Of a stretch of 64,000 nt of DNA, positions 52,195-61,699 are shown piece by piece; position 1 is the stretch's first letter, and each line of letters starts with the position of its first letter. The notes beneath the pieces were generated by a model. The model had not been told where the DNA came from. It searched no databases and was given only the letters and a program-made list of their open reading frames with translations. The translations under genes and the position numbers were made by a program. The DNA lies in assembly GCA_910579525.1 (NCBI GenBank), contig CAJTUK010000004.1, forward strand, positions 192,112 through 256,111. The letters are read 5' to 3'. This DNA comes from an uncultured Christensenella sp. GTDB lineage: Bacteria; Bacillota; Clostridia; Christensenellales; Borkfalkiaceae.

Positions 52195-52674
52195 TTAGGC
52201 AACTTCGATTACGATGTAATCGCCTTCGATTGCCATGATTTTGCCGACGGTAGTAGAGCCGCTCGTTGCGGTAGCTACAACCTTAAGCTTCGTGCTTGCC
52301 TGCGCTTCTACGAGCGAGCCAACCGCGGGTGTGCCCGCAAGTGCTTCTTTGCTTACCGAGAAGATGTCGCCGGAGGTCAAGCGGTAGCAACGGATTGCTT
52401 CGCCCTTTTTGTTGATGAATTCGCCGAGACCGTAGTAAGTCTTGTCCTTAACCACTTCGGGGGTAGCGACAAGATAAAGGTCGCGAAGTTTCGTATTAGC
52501 GGCGGGTGCCATAGCCTTTCTGAGTTCTCTCTCTCCGTCGAGGTAAGCGCCGAGCGTAACGACGTTTCCGTTTTCGATATCCGCCTCAGCGCTGCCGTTG
52601 TAGAATTTGGCAGAAGCGAGGTCTTTAGCAACAGTTGTTCCCGACATATTATCGGTTCTTACATAAGCGTACAT
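52195..52674 (-). CDS. Hypothetical head protein (decoration/scaffold-like)
   Basis: 159 aa, immediately upstream of the capsid gene. Confidence 0.4.
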   Translation of the reverse strand: MYAYVRTDNMSGTTVAKDLASAKFYNGSAEADIENGNVVTLGAYLDGERELRKAMAPAANTKLRDLYLVATPEVVKDKTYYGLGEFINKKGEAIRCYRLTSGDIFSVSKEALAGTPAVGSLVEAQASTKLKVVATATSGSTTVGKIMAIEGDYIVIEVA

Positions 52675-52698
52675 ATTGTTTCTCCTTATTTCTTAAAT

Positions 52699-54315
52699 TT
52701 ATTTTTTTGGAGCAAGGTAACGCGACATAAACTCGTCGTACTCGCTCTGCTTTGTTTTTGCTTCAAATCCCACGGGAATGCGAACCTTGTCAAGAGGCTT
52801 CTTAACGATGGTGCCTGCATTCTTGCCGCGAATAGCATAAAGTTTTTCTGTCAAAGCCTCGACGCTTTCAAACGTCATAGCTTCTTTGACAACCGCCTTA
52901 TATTCATCGACTTCTCCAAGGTCGGAGAATTGTTCGATAACTGCGGCGTATGACTGCCTTTTATCTTCTTGCAGTCTGTCGGCTTTGTATTGTGCCAGTT
53001 CCGCAAACTGTGCCTTTTCAGCCGAAAGCTTTTCTTCGTCTGCCTTTGTCAACCAGACTTGTCTTACCTTTTCGTTGCGCGCCATATCGAGTATAGCTTT
53101 GTCGTCCGAGATAGCATAAGGGATTCTTATCATTCCTCTTTCCTCGGCAACTTCTGCGCCGGCAAAATGGAAACAAGAATAGACATAAGTATCGTCGAAA
53201 TCAACAAGACAATACCATATGTAGGATTTCTCATCGTGCATTTCGTAAGATCCGAGAGCCTCGCACAGTACACGACGTTTTTCCTCGTATGTCAATTCAA
53301 CCGAAAACTTCAAAGGTTCTTCGTTGGTAGGCTCCGCAGCAGGTTCTGCGGCAGGTTCCTCTCTGTTGTCAGAAAATGTCTCTGTCGTCTGCACGGGGTC
53401 GCCGGCAGGTTCGCCATCTTCTGTAGTACCATCGGTAGATGTGTTATCTTCCGTGGGTGTTTCCGTTTGATTGTCCTGAGAATATACTTCTTTAATCTTT
53501 TCCCTTAATTCATCTTCCGTCATTTCTTCCGCAACTTCAAAAGACAAAACCGTATCTTCAGCCAAGCCGAATTCAAGTAAAATCTTTTTGATAGTTTCAG
53601 TATTCAATGCTTCTTTTCCTCCTTTCACGACGTCAACCGCCGAATAACTTTTTGCCAACTGCTCTTTGAATTCCGCAAACAGTTCAATCCAATTCCCTTC
53701 GTCGGAGAATTTGTATGGTTCTACTCTTGCAGACTTAAAGCATGGCAAAACATTCTTACTCGGGTCATCGCTCTTGCCAAGCAAGCACAATGCCGAGAAC
53801 TGGAATTTCTTTACTTCCAAACCGTCCGATGTCTTCTTCGTATCGGAAGGCATAATTTCCATACTTTGAGCAAAGTAGATGTCTTCGTTGTAGATCGTAT
53901 CAAGCAACTCGGGATATCTACCAGTCCAGAGAATGATATCTGCAACCAGATATACGTTCTTGGTACCGTCTGCTTCTTCCACTTCTTCATAGTGAACATT
54001 GTCTTGTTGTGGAACTGTACCATACGGAACTGTAACCGATTTGAATTTGTATTTACCGTCGGCATTCTTCTCGAGTATGATATCGTGACCACCGAGTCTT
54101 ATCTCGCCGTTTTCGTCTATATACAAATGTCCTACAACCGGAATATTAAACAACGTAGGCAAAGCATCATCGACAGATTCCTTCGAGATGATTGTCTTGT
54201 TGACATTTTTACCAATCGCCATCACAAAACACTTACACAGTGTGAACTGCTCGTTGATTGGTTTGACAGGCTTAATCTTAGCTTTGAATGTAATTGCAAT
54301 TAGTTCTTTGCCCAT
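52699..54315 (-). CDS. Putative prohead protease / scaffold fusion
   Basis: 538 aa. N-terminal ~200-aa globular domain (IPVVGH...AQSMEI), an acidic T/E/P linker, and a helical C-terminal half. Follows the portal. Confidence 0.4.
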   Translation of the reverse strand: MGKELIAITFKAKIKPVKPINEQFTLCKCFVMAIGKNVNKTIISKESVDDALPTLFNIPVVGHLYIDENGEIRLGGHDIILEKNADGKYKFKSVTVPYGTVPQQDNVHYEEVEEADGTKNVYLVADIILWTGRYPELLDTIYNEDIYFAQSMEIMPSDTKKTSDGLEVKKFQFSALCLLGKSDDPSKNVLPCFKSARVEPYKFSDEGNWIELFAEFKEQLAKSYSAVDVVKGGKEALNTETIKKILLEFGLAEDTVLSFEVAEEMTEDELREKIKEVYSQDNQTETPTEDNTSTDGTTEDGEPAGDPVQTTETFSDNREEPAAEPAAEPTNEEPLKFSVELTYEEKRRVLCEALGSYEMHDEKSYIWYCLVDFDDTYVYSCFHFAGAEVAEERGMIRIPYAISDDKAILDMARNEKVRQVWLTKADEEKLSAEKAQFAELAQYKADRLQEDKRQSYAAVIEQFSDLGEVDEYKAVVKEAMTFESVEALTEKLYAIRGKNAGTIVKKPLDKVRIPVGFEAKTKQSEYDEFMSRYLAPKK

Positions 54316-54328
54316 TAGCCTATCCTCC

Positions 54329-54547
54329 TTAGAAAAATAACGACCCGTTCTGAACGACGATAATTGCCTCTTGGTAATTCTGCTCCCCGCAGAAGTTGCG
54401 GATTGCCTCTACGAGTTCGGGAGATTCCTCAAAACAATAGACCGTTTGATTGCCGTTAACTTTTTCTTCTATATATGAAAAACCGCCATCACTCAAAGCG
54501 TTGGCAATTCTTTCATCGAATAACTTTATGAATTTTGTGTTTTCCAT
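54329..54547 (-). CDS. Small hypothetical protein
   Basis: Taken from the ATG at 54547 (GAGGTG SD), 72 aa. The longer track ORF overlaps the portal gene. Confidence 0.4.
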   Translation of the reverse strand: MENTKFIKLFDERIANALSDGGFSYIEEKVNGNQTVYCFEESPELVEAIRNFCGEQNYQEAIIVVQNGSLFF

Positions 54548-54554
54548 ACCCACC

Positions 54555-56069
54555 TCACTTATTTGCGTTTGTATCATCGTCGCGCGTCTCTTCGCCCGCA
54601 TCGCCCAAGTCATTGTCCGAACTTTGCGGTCTTCCGCCGCTTTTATCACTGGACGTATAAGCGCTCTTCAACGGACGCAGTTTATCGAACGGGATAAGCT
54701 CGCTCTCGAGATAAGTAAGCCCCTCGATGTCGCACTGTGGAATACCGAGCGTTGCCGCATATTGCGACTTGCCGATACCAAACGCGACTGCCTCTTTGTA
54801 ATATTTCAAGTATTCTTCTTTGTTGAATACCGTAATAGGTAAAATGGTTATCTTAAACTTTGTGGTACCAGAGAACCCTACCTTTAAGTATCTGTTGATT
54901 ACCTTTTCAACTTGCTGTACCATACCGAGCACATATGTCTCGTCGTTCTTAATAGCAAGTTTAGCCACACCGCTTGTGCTATTCTCTCTGCCGTGCAGTA
55001 ATCCAGACGTACCAGCCGTTGACCAGAAGTTTGCCACCGCATTTGATAAGTCATCTACATCTGCAACGCCGCTCTTGTTCTCAAAGCCAAATGCCTCGAA
55101 CTCGAACGGAGATAGCGCAAGTCCTACATTTTCGCCAAGCGCATTAGCGATATGCGCATAATACTTGGATACAATGTCATCTGGCATAAGCGAATTGCCT
55201 TTATCGTCTGTCGGTACTTTGCCCGCGAGCATCTTATAATTCTTCAATTCCTTCGCGGTCTCTTGAAGCGCCTCGGTATTGGCAATCGTGTACAACGACG
55301 GCATAACTGCCGCAAATGGCGGTATAGTGTAATCTATCAACGTACTATCTGCCTTGATGCAAACAGAAATCTCAACTGGAACTTCTTGCCATTGGTCACC
55401 CGTCGCGATGTAATTGTTATACATCTTCGTAAATTCCGCTGGGAAAAACTCAAGTTTGCTTGCAATCTTGGTCATATCGACTTTATACAAGAAGCTTCCA
55501 TCACATATTGATGTAATTCTACAGTAATCGGGGTCTAATTGCTGGATGAAAGCAGAGTTGTTGTCGCTAAGCAAAACGCCATAAAATGCCCCGTCACGTA
55601 ATGCGATGAGAATCTCCTCTCTTAAAATGTTAGGAATATTCATAAGCTCAATAGCTTTTGATACCTTCCTATACTGCTTAGCAAAATTATCTTTTACGGA
55701 TCCGTCAAATCCCAGCGGGGAAATAACGTATGCACCGGTATACAATCCGGCATAATAGTTCAACAACCTATTATAGTGCATCGATGACAAATACATATAG
55801 TTCGATGCGTCACGCAAACTCTTTTCGTTGGATGAACTCGTTGGCGCTTGCAACCATTTGAGAATATTCTCCTTGGTGTAAACAGAATACGAGCGTGATT
55901 TTTTTGAAGAAGCATTTTGAGGATTATACGTAAGTTGACGCATTAACGCTTTCGCAAAATATAACGGCATCTCAACCATCTGTTGCTGGTTGTTACGGCT
56001 CGGATTGTTTCTTCGATTGTTTGGTCGATGGTTATTATTGCGATTGCGGTTATAATTGTCTTTCGCCAT
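54555..56069 (-). CDS. Portal protein
   Basis: 504 aa, directly downstream of and overlapping the large terminase. Asn/Arg-rich N-terminus and acidic C-terminus. Confidence 0.7.
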   Translation of the reverse strand: MAKDNYNRNRNNNHRPNNRRNNPSRNNQQQMVEMPLYFAKALMRQLTYNPQNASSKKSRSYSVYTKENILKWLQAPTSSSNEKSLRDASNYMYLSSMHYNRLLNYYAGLYTGAYVISPLGFDGSVKDNFAKQYRKVSKAIELMNIPNILREEILIALRDGAFYGVLLSDNNSAFIQQLDPDYCRITSICDGSFLYKVDMTKIASKLEFFPAEFTKMYNNYIATGDQWQEVPVEISVCIKADSTLIDYTIPPFAAVMPSLYTIANTEALQETAKELKNYKMLAGKVPTDDKGNSLMPDDIVSKYYAHIANALGENVGLALSPFEFEAFGFENKSGVADVDDLSNAVANFWSTAGTSGLLHGRENSTSGVAKLAIKNDETYVLGMVQQVEKVINRYLKVGFSGTTKFKITILPITVFNKEEYLKYYKEAVAFGIGKSQYAATLGIPQCDIEGLTYLESELIPFDKLRPLKSAYTSSDKSGGRPQSSDNDLGDAGEETRDDDTNANK

Positions 56070-57847
56070 TACCTTCCTCCTTTATAGTTTCTGCTGATTT
56101 TTGGCGCCCTGAAGTTTAGCACCAATGTTTCTGTGTTGTTTTTAGCTGCTTGAGCAGCTTCTCTCTCAATAGTTTTTGCTACATAGATGTTGTAACTCAA
56201 ACTACTGTATCTATCCTTTCGCATACCAGATTTTTCTTTTACTCTGATGACATTGTTCTTCGTCTCATATTCCAGATTGACAAGTTCATTTACGAGTAAT
56301 GTGGTATGTATGTAGGGTAACTTAAATTGTAATGATTCGGGCGTTGGCAGCGAGGCGTAGCCTTTGATGATATTGTGTAAATACTCGTCTGCATCGTACT
56401 CTGAAATAAGTAATCTCACTTGCCCTTGCCTTAACGCTTCGCGTAATCCAAGCGCGCAAGATGAGTTGAACTCGGGAGCACCCTTTATTGCCCAAATTGA
56501 CTTAGGCGCATTTGGCACAGCACACCTCTTTGCTATCTCTTCATCATTGCAGCAAGAGAGCGCACCATATGTTTCGCCCGTTGATTGGTCATAGATATCT
56601 CCCATTAGGGCGTCAACGACACCCAGACCGAGACCTGTTCTGTCTATAACCAAATAATCGCAGTCAAACTCTGCGAATAGTTTACGGATAACAAGCGCCT
56701 GCGCTTCCGTGCGGAGACCTTCATTGTTTTCTGTGTAAACTATATTGTTAATGTACCTGCCCGAAGGCGTTGGTAACATTTGATTGATGAAAATTGATGT
56801 AGCGTCGTTCTTATTTCTACCAGACGCCATCAATGCAATATCCGCCGAAAGAATTCTCTTCTCTCCTGCTCTTTTCGGTGGTATACGCAACTGTTTGTCC
56901 TGATGCTTGCCGATGATGTGGCTTGGATAGAACGGGTGTTGTATGACCCTATTCTTGTCAATCTCATCGAAGCTATATAAGCCGCTGCTCGCTTGCGACC
57001 AGAACAAGGCGCACATTTCCATATGGAACTGTACCTCGTTAAAGTCCGCTTCCGACATCTCGTCCTCGACCCTTTCTCTGTCGAGTAGGTTTTCCTTAAT
57101 GGCAAGCTGGTAAGGCATCGAGCAACAGAAATAACTTCTGCCACGCATCATTTGAACTACGTAAGACTGAACGTGCTTATAACTCCAATGTGCTTCGTAC
57201 CAACAGCTGCTCGCGTATAATTCCTTCGTTCTTTCTATAGGATAATTTGCGTACTCTGGTTTGTCCATAAAGCCCGGATGTCTTGGAGACGTCAAGAATT
57301 TACGAAGAACGGTATCAATGGTATTCTTATCTACCATTCTGTACTCATCAACGATAAGTATGGTCGCCCTGTTGTGGCGCGCGGAGTCTGCCGCTGTAAC
57401 AACCTTAATAATTGAACCGTTCCTAAACCCGACAAATGACTCGGCTTGGTTGGATTTTATCTCTCCTATCTCAAGTCTTAAGTTTGCCGATAGCGGCATA
57501 AGTATATTTTGAATTTTATCGATAATTTCGATAGCCTGACCACGAGTTTTAGACGCAAGACAAATCGTTGTTCCCGGGAACAAGATGCAATAGCACACAC
57601 AAAAAATCGCAAGCAAGAATGATTTACCACCACCACGGCTTGCGAGATAGATTGAGTTAACTTTTCTGAACATCTCGTTGAGAATTATCTGCTGGAACTT
57701 CTTGAGTTTCAACCCAAGATAATCTCTCGCGAACCGATGCGGATTTGCCCTATAAAAAGACGCCCACGTGGCAACGCCATCCATTATGCGCGCTTGCTTT
57801 TCTCTTTTGATTTCGGCATCCGTTTGCCTTTCCGCTACTGCTGTCAT
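56069..57847 (-). CDS. Terminase large subunit
   Basis: 592 aa. Walker A SRGGGKS, Walker B TILIVDE, and a C-terminal nuclease-size domain. Confidence 0.85.
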   Translation of the reverse strand: MTAVAERQTDAEIKREKQARIMDGVATWASFYRANPHRFARDYLGLKLKKFQQIILNEMFRKVNSIYLASRGGGKSFLLAIFCVCYCILFPGTTICLASKTRGQAIEIIDKIQNILMPLSANLRLEIGEIKSNQAESFVGFRNGSIIKVVTAADSARHNRATILIVDEYRMVDKNTIDTVLRKFLTSPRHPGFMDKPEYANYPIERTKELYASSCWYEAHWSYKHVQSYVVQMMRGRSYFCCSMPYQLAIKENLLDRERVEDEMSEADFNEVQFHMEMCALFWSQASSGLYSFDEIDKNRVIQHPFYPSHIIGKHQDKQLRIPPKRAGEKRILSADIALMASGRNKNDATSIFINQMLPTPSGRYINNIVYTENNEGLRTEAQALVIRKLFAEFDCDYLVIDRTGLGLGVVDALMGDIYDQSTGETYGALSCCNDEEIAKRCAVPNAPKSIWAIKGAPEFNSSCALGLREALRQGQVRLLISEYDADEYLHNIIKGYASLPTPESLQFKLPYIHTTLLVNELVNLEYETKNNVIRVKEKSGMRKDRYSSLSYNIYVAKTIEREAAQAAKNNTETLVLNFRAPKISRNYKGGR

Positions 57848-58956
57848 TGCTTCTTGTCTCCTTTACTGCTGAATTTTTCAAGTAAGGATATATCGACAGC
57901 ATCGTCGTCGCCGTCATACGCGGGCGGCTTGACAGTATATTGCTCCATTGCCTTTCTATATTGCTCTTCGTTGTCGTTCTTAATGTCAACAACGTGGCAA
58001 AGATGACCGAAGAAGAATGTGTCGATGTACTTTTTAATTCCATCAACATCTTCCCATTCAGGTTCAGCTTTAGGCAATGGTCTTTCTTGCTCAAACTGCT
58101 TAATCAGTGTTCCGAAAGTATTTTGGTCTGTGAGATCATCATTGGTATTTTGACGCGGTTGAAGGTTGCATGAAGCAAGCAAGTCTTGGAACGCTTTCAT
58201 TGCTTCGGTAACTTTACCACCACCTTGTTGTGCCTTCTGAATATTGAGCTGTGAAAGGCATATTGTCCTTATCAGCTCTTCTTGTGCCTTACTCTTGCAT
58301 TCAACACGCGAGCGCCAATCTTCTTCTTGTTCTTCGAGCCACTCGTATTCTTCTGGCTTATGACCGTAGCCCCACTTTTTAATTATAGGCTTGGTAACAA
58401 CAAACCCGCCTTGATTATTCTCCGACGAAGCAATGTCGCTAACCGTGCGAATACGCACAGCCTCGCCAGCTTCGTGGCGTACCGTGTCGAGATAACTCGT
58501 GCCACGACTACGCACTTGTTTCGTGTTGAGCTTTGAGGGATAAAGTGATACCCTTGAGCGCCCCGGCTGAACGTGAACAGCCGTCATCGATGAAGCCTCT
58601 AAGTCATACGGATAGTCGAAGATACCGCACCAATGATGGAGCGCGTGCTCTTCATTGCCGCTGTAGAAATCTACAAGGGCATTAAATATTGTTTCGGCAC
58701 AGCTTTTGCATATAGGCATATATCCGTTATTGCCTTGCCATAAAATTGAGCTGCCCGCTTTAAGGAAATTCCCGTCTTGTCTTTGGTAACTTTTGCCGCA
58801 GCAGGTACACACGTACTCACGCGATGAGTTGCTTTCTTGTACCCTTATTTTTGGCATCTGGAAATCACCGTTAATCTTTATTGGAGCCTTTGATAGTATC
58901 TTTGTCTGCTCCAACATATTACCCCCGAGGGGGCGTCCTGTATTTTGTTCTGACAT
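57844..58956 (-). CDS. Hypothetical Zn-ribbon protein (possible small terminase/DNA-recognition subunit)
   Basis: 370 aa. CTCCG...CKSC. Overlaps the TerL start. Assigned by position only. Confidence 0.3.
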   Translation of the reverse strand: MSEQNTGRPLGGNMLEQTKILSKAPIKINGDFQMPKIRVQESNSSREYVCTCCGKSYQRQDGNFLKAGSSILWQGNNGYMPICKSCAETIFNALVDFYSGNEEHALHHWCGIFDYPYDLEASSMTAVHVQPGRSRVSLYPSKLNTKQVRSRGTSYLDTVRHEAGEAVRIRTVSDIASSENNQGGFVVTKPIIKKWGYGHKPEEYEWLEEQEEDWRSRVECKSKAQEELIRTICLSQLNIQKAQQGGGKVTEAMKAFQDLLASCNLQPRQNTNDDLTDQNTFGTLIKQFEQERPLPKAEPEWEDVDGIKKYIDTFFFGHLCHVVDIKNDNEEQYRKAMEQYTVKPPAYDGDDDAVDISLLEKFSSKGDKKQ

Positions 58957-58983
58957 ATTCCCTCCTCGTATTCCGTATTGTCC

Positions 58984-59976
58984 TTAGAACAAATCGTCTA
59001 CTTCGTCATCGTCCTCTCTGACTACGTAGAAGTTAATGGTTGTGCTTGAGTCTTCGTGTCCAAGCAACTGCCTTACAGACTCAACATCCTTGCCGTCTTC
59101 AACGACCGCTTGTGTCGCGCGGCTTGCACGCAGCGTGTGCGGGTGAACAGGTCTTCCAACTATTGGTGTAATCGTTGTAGTGAACCAATTGTTAAAGGTC
59201 GTCTCGCCAATCTGCCTGATTTGACCGCCGTATTTCGTAACGAACATATACGGACAATCATCGTCGCCGCGGATGCGCAACCATTCTTTCATAGCTTCCA
59301 TAGCTTCTTCGCCAAACGCAAGACGTCTTATCTTGCCGCCCTTGCAGCGAATAGGCTTCGTGTAATACATTTTGATTTCAGTCGTAACATCGTTGCCGTT
59401 CTCATCTTTTGTCGTGCGAGACTTAATGATAGGCTCAAACGTTACTGTGTCTTTTGTGAGCTGTCTGCTTTCCTCTCTGCGGCACCCCGCATCGAAAGTG
59501 AACAGCACATACGCGACCATTTGATGTTCGCCGCGTTCCTTCAAAACTTCCACTAAATGACGAAATTCCTCTTTAGTGAGAGGAATTTTTTCCCGAACTG
59601 TATTCTTCGGCGGTCTTTTTATGGATTTGTTTATGAAGTTTCTGAAGGTTGGATAATCATCGTGGTAATAGATTTCTATGTAACCGTTCAACGATGAGAT
59701 CGCCGCCCTCTTGTTATTTGTATCGGAAGATGAACAGCCCCTGTTCACCATCCAGTTTTGGAACTTCTTATATTCAAGTGGTTTAATGTCAATCTGCTTT
59801 TTGTTTTTGAGATTATCTTTAACCCATACGAACCAAATCTTTAAGTTGGACTCGTAGGCTTTTCTTGATTTAGGAGAAAGCTCTACAGAATCGCTTAAAA
59901 AAGATTCGACAAGGTTTCTGTTAAACTCGCAGACTTCATTCCACTGCTCTTGCGTCACTGCTTCAAGTTTCTTCAT
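58984..59976 (-). CDS. Tyrosine recombinase / phage integrase family
   Basis: 330 aa. N-terminal SAM-like core-binding domain, and a catalytic region with AGCRREE, HPHTLRASRAT and LLGHEDSSTTINFYV (the R..HxxR..H..Y pattern). Confidence 0.85.
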   Translation of the reverse strand: MKKLEAVTQEQWNEVCEFNRNLVESFLSDSVELSPKSRKAYESNLKIWFVWVKDNLKNKKQIDIKPLEYKKFQNWMVNRGCSSSDTNNKRAAISSLNGYIEIYYHDDYPTFRNFINKSIKRPPKNTVREKIPLTKEEFRHLVEVLKERGEHQMVAYVLFTFDAGCRREESRQLTKDTVTFEPIIKSRTTKDENGNDVTTEIKMYYTKPIRCKGGKIRRLAFGEEAMEAMKEWLRIRGDDDCPYMFVTKYGGQIRQIGETTFNNWFTTTITPIVGRPVHPHTLRASRATQAVVEDGKDVESVRQLLGHEDSSTTINFYVVREDDDEVDDLF

Positions 59977-59992
59977 GTGCCCTCCTATTTTG

Positions 59993-60271
59993 TTAATCTT
60001 CTTTTACGTCAAGTAATTCTGACGGTGTAAACTTTACGAAGTCTCTCTCTGGAGTAACGAGCATTTCGCCCGTGCTTGGGTGCCTAACATTCTTGGCTTT
60101 TGCCTTCTTATGTTTGAAGGCACCGAAGCCCGTAATGACGACATCCTCTTTCTCTTCATAAAGTAAAGAACCAAGTAATTCAAATGCGTTTCTGCATATT
60201 TGATCCGCGTCTTGATACGTAACTCCGTATCTCTCTGCGAATTTTCTGCTAAATTGTTTTCTGTTTACCAT
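59993..60271 (-). CDS. HU/IHF-family DNA-binding protein
   Basis: 92 aa. GFGAFKHKKAKAKNVRHPSTGEMLVTPERDFVKF is the HU beta-arm pattern. Confidence 0.8.
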   Translation of the reverse strand: MVNRKQFSRKFAERYGVTYQDADQICRNAFELLGSLLYEEKEDVVITGFGAFKHKKAKAKNVRHPSTGEMLVTPERDFVKFTPSELLDVKED

Positions 60272-60306
60272 ATCCTTATATTCCTTTAATTCTTATCCGC
60301 GGCGTT

Positions 60307-61521
60307 TTACTTCAAGCCGATGTCGTATAAGCATTTCACAGGTCTCTCACGTGTCGTAATAATTACGCACTGCTCTGGTTCGCCTGATATTCTCAAGTCA
60401 ACGCAGTGGTCATCTGTTCCGACTACGCAACCCATCTGCACAACCTTGACACCATACTGAGTATCAAAAGCGTTGTGGTGACGGTGCGCCATAAGAACAG
60501 CATCTGGTTTCTTGCCCGTCATAAGGGTAAGGTTTCTGACTGCGTTCGACGGAGTGTCTTTGTCGCCGTGTACGAGATAGAACAGCTTGCCGCCCCTCGT
60601 AACAAAAGTATTGATTGAGTTGTCTACGTACCCGTCCTCGTGGATGGTTACACTCGGGTTGTTCGCGAACATCATCTTTAAGCAGAACGGAACCATTGCA
60701 TCAAGCTCCTCTCCGTTAAGATGTTCCGCTTTGTTTGGTGACAACCTTGAGTGGTTGCCCGAAACGCTGTGTACTCTTATCTCGGCGAACTCACTCTGTA
60801 AAGCTGTAACGAAATCGCCAATGAACGTTATGACTGTTTTAATCTGTTCGATAACATTCTCGTTGTTTTGTAAACGGAGATTTGGATGTATGAGCCCCGA
60901 AATGTTATCGCCGCCAAGTACAAGTTCACAGCGCTGGCACTTGTGTACCGCTTGAATGGCTTTGACTTCGTCAATGTATTTGCAAAGCCTGCCGCGCAAT
61001 ACGTCAACGTTGTATGTGTTCCACCAGTTTTGCACTTCGATTCCAGCGTGCAAGTCTGACAAGCAAACAATCATATCTTCGTCGTTGCTTATGACTGGTG
61101 TCTCTTTGTAATCGAGTGGTTCTATTTGCGCCGCAAGTCCGCGCTCAATCACCTCTAAGAATGATTCTCTACGCGCCTGCTCTCTCAGCGACCTTTGGTA
61201 GTCAGTTCTTTCGTCGCTTAATTTTTGACGCTCTTTTCTGACCTCTTCTTTTTCGAGGCGGAGTTGTGCGATGTACCCTTCGCTCGCCGTATCAACGGCA
61301 TTTTTTTCTCTGAAGTAGTCCGCTACGAACTGACCGCCGAAGATTGTCTGGCTCGCTTTACGAAGCGTGTCGCTGTGACAATCGATGTTATATTTGGCAA
61401 CGATTTCTGCCCAATCCATATCGTTAGATCCATTGATTTTGTCCTTAATATCTTTCAGGCAGCTCTCATATTGCTCCCTGTTAAGACCATACTTTTTCAG
61501 CTCTTGGTCGATATCAATCAA
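60307..61521 (-). CDS. Calcineurin-like metallophosphoesterase
   Basis: 404 aa, TTG start after an AAGGAGGG SD. Motifs LSDLHAG, GGDNISG, GNHSR, VHGD and HRHH, preceded by a ~140-aa coiled-coil N-terminus. Confidence 0.7.
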   Translation of the reverse strand: MIDIDQELKKYGLNREQYESCLKDIKDKINGSNDMDWAEIVAKYNIDCHSDTLRKASQTIFGGQFVADYFREKNAVDTASEGYIAQLRLEKEEVRKERQKLSDERTDYQRSLREQARRESFLEVIERGLAAQIEPLDYKETPVISNDEDMIVCLSDLHAGIEVQNWWNTYNVDVLRGRLCKYIDEVKAIQAVHKCQRCELVLGGDNISGLIHPNLRLQNNENVIEQIKTVITFIGDFVTALQSEFAEIRVHSVSGNHSRLSPNKAEHLNGEELDAMVPFCLKMMFANNPSVTIHEDGYVDNSINTFVTRGGKLFYLVHGDKDTPSNAVRNLTLMTGKKPDAVLMAHRHHNAFDTQYGVKVVQMGCVVGTDDHCVDLRISGEPEQCVIITTRERPVKCLYDIGLK

Positions 61522-61583
61522 GTCCTTTCCCTCCTTAATGGTAATCTGGTAACTCCCTACGGGAGTTGAATTTTTCTCTCTTT

Positions 61584-61638
61584 CCTATACGACAATAAAT
61601 TTAGATTTTTTTAGTGTCTAAATATGTCGTATAGTAGG
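61584..61638. promoter_or_regulatory. Imperfect palindrome containing conserved element copy D (minus strand, 61614-61633)
   Basis: The right arm read on the minus strand is CCTACTATACGACATATTTAGA. The left arm read on the plus strand is CCTATACGACAATAAATTTAGA. The minus-strand 20-mer is identical to 7040-7059. Confidence 0.6.
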
Positions 61639-61649
61639 GGAGATTTTGA

Positions 61650-61670
61650 TACCGCCATTTTTTGGCGGTG
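61650..61670. terminator. Hairpin downstream of the RNAP-like gene
   Basis: ACCGCC, 7-nt loop, GGCGGT. A T-rich tail follows only on the plus strand (GTATTTTATT), so its role as the terminator of the minus-strand gene is uncertain. Confidence 0.35.
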
Positions 61671-61699
61671 TATTTTATTGGGTTGTTTTTGTAAGTTTT

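Noticed and set aside
52123-52953. 276-aa plus-strand ORF (similarly 46824-47489, 51069-51569, 52969-53508 and 23026-23493)
   Set aside because: These are long antisense ORFs across well-supported structural or NrdD genes. They have no RBS, and their Phe/Arg/Cys-rich composition is typical of reverse-frame artefacts.
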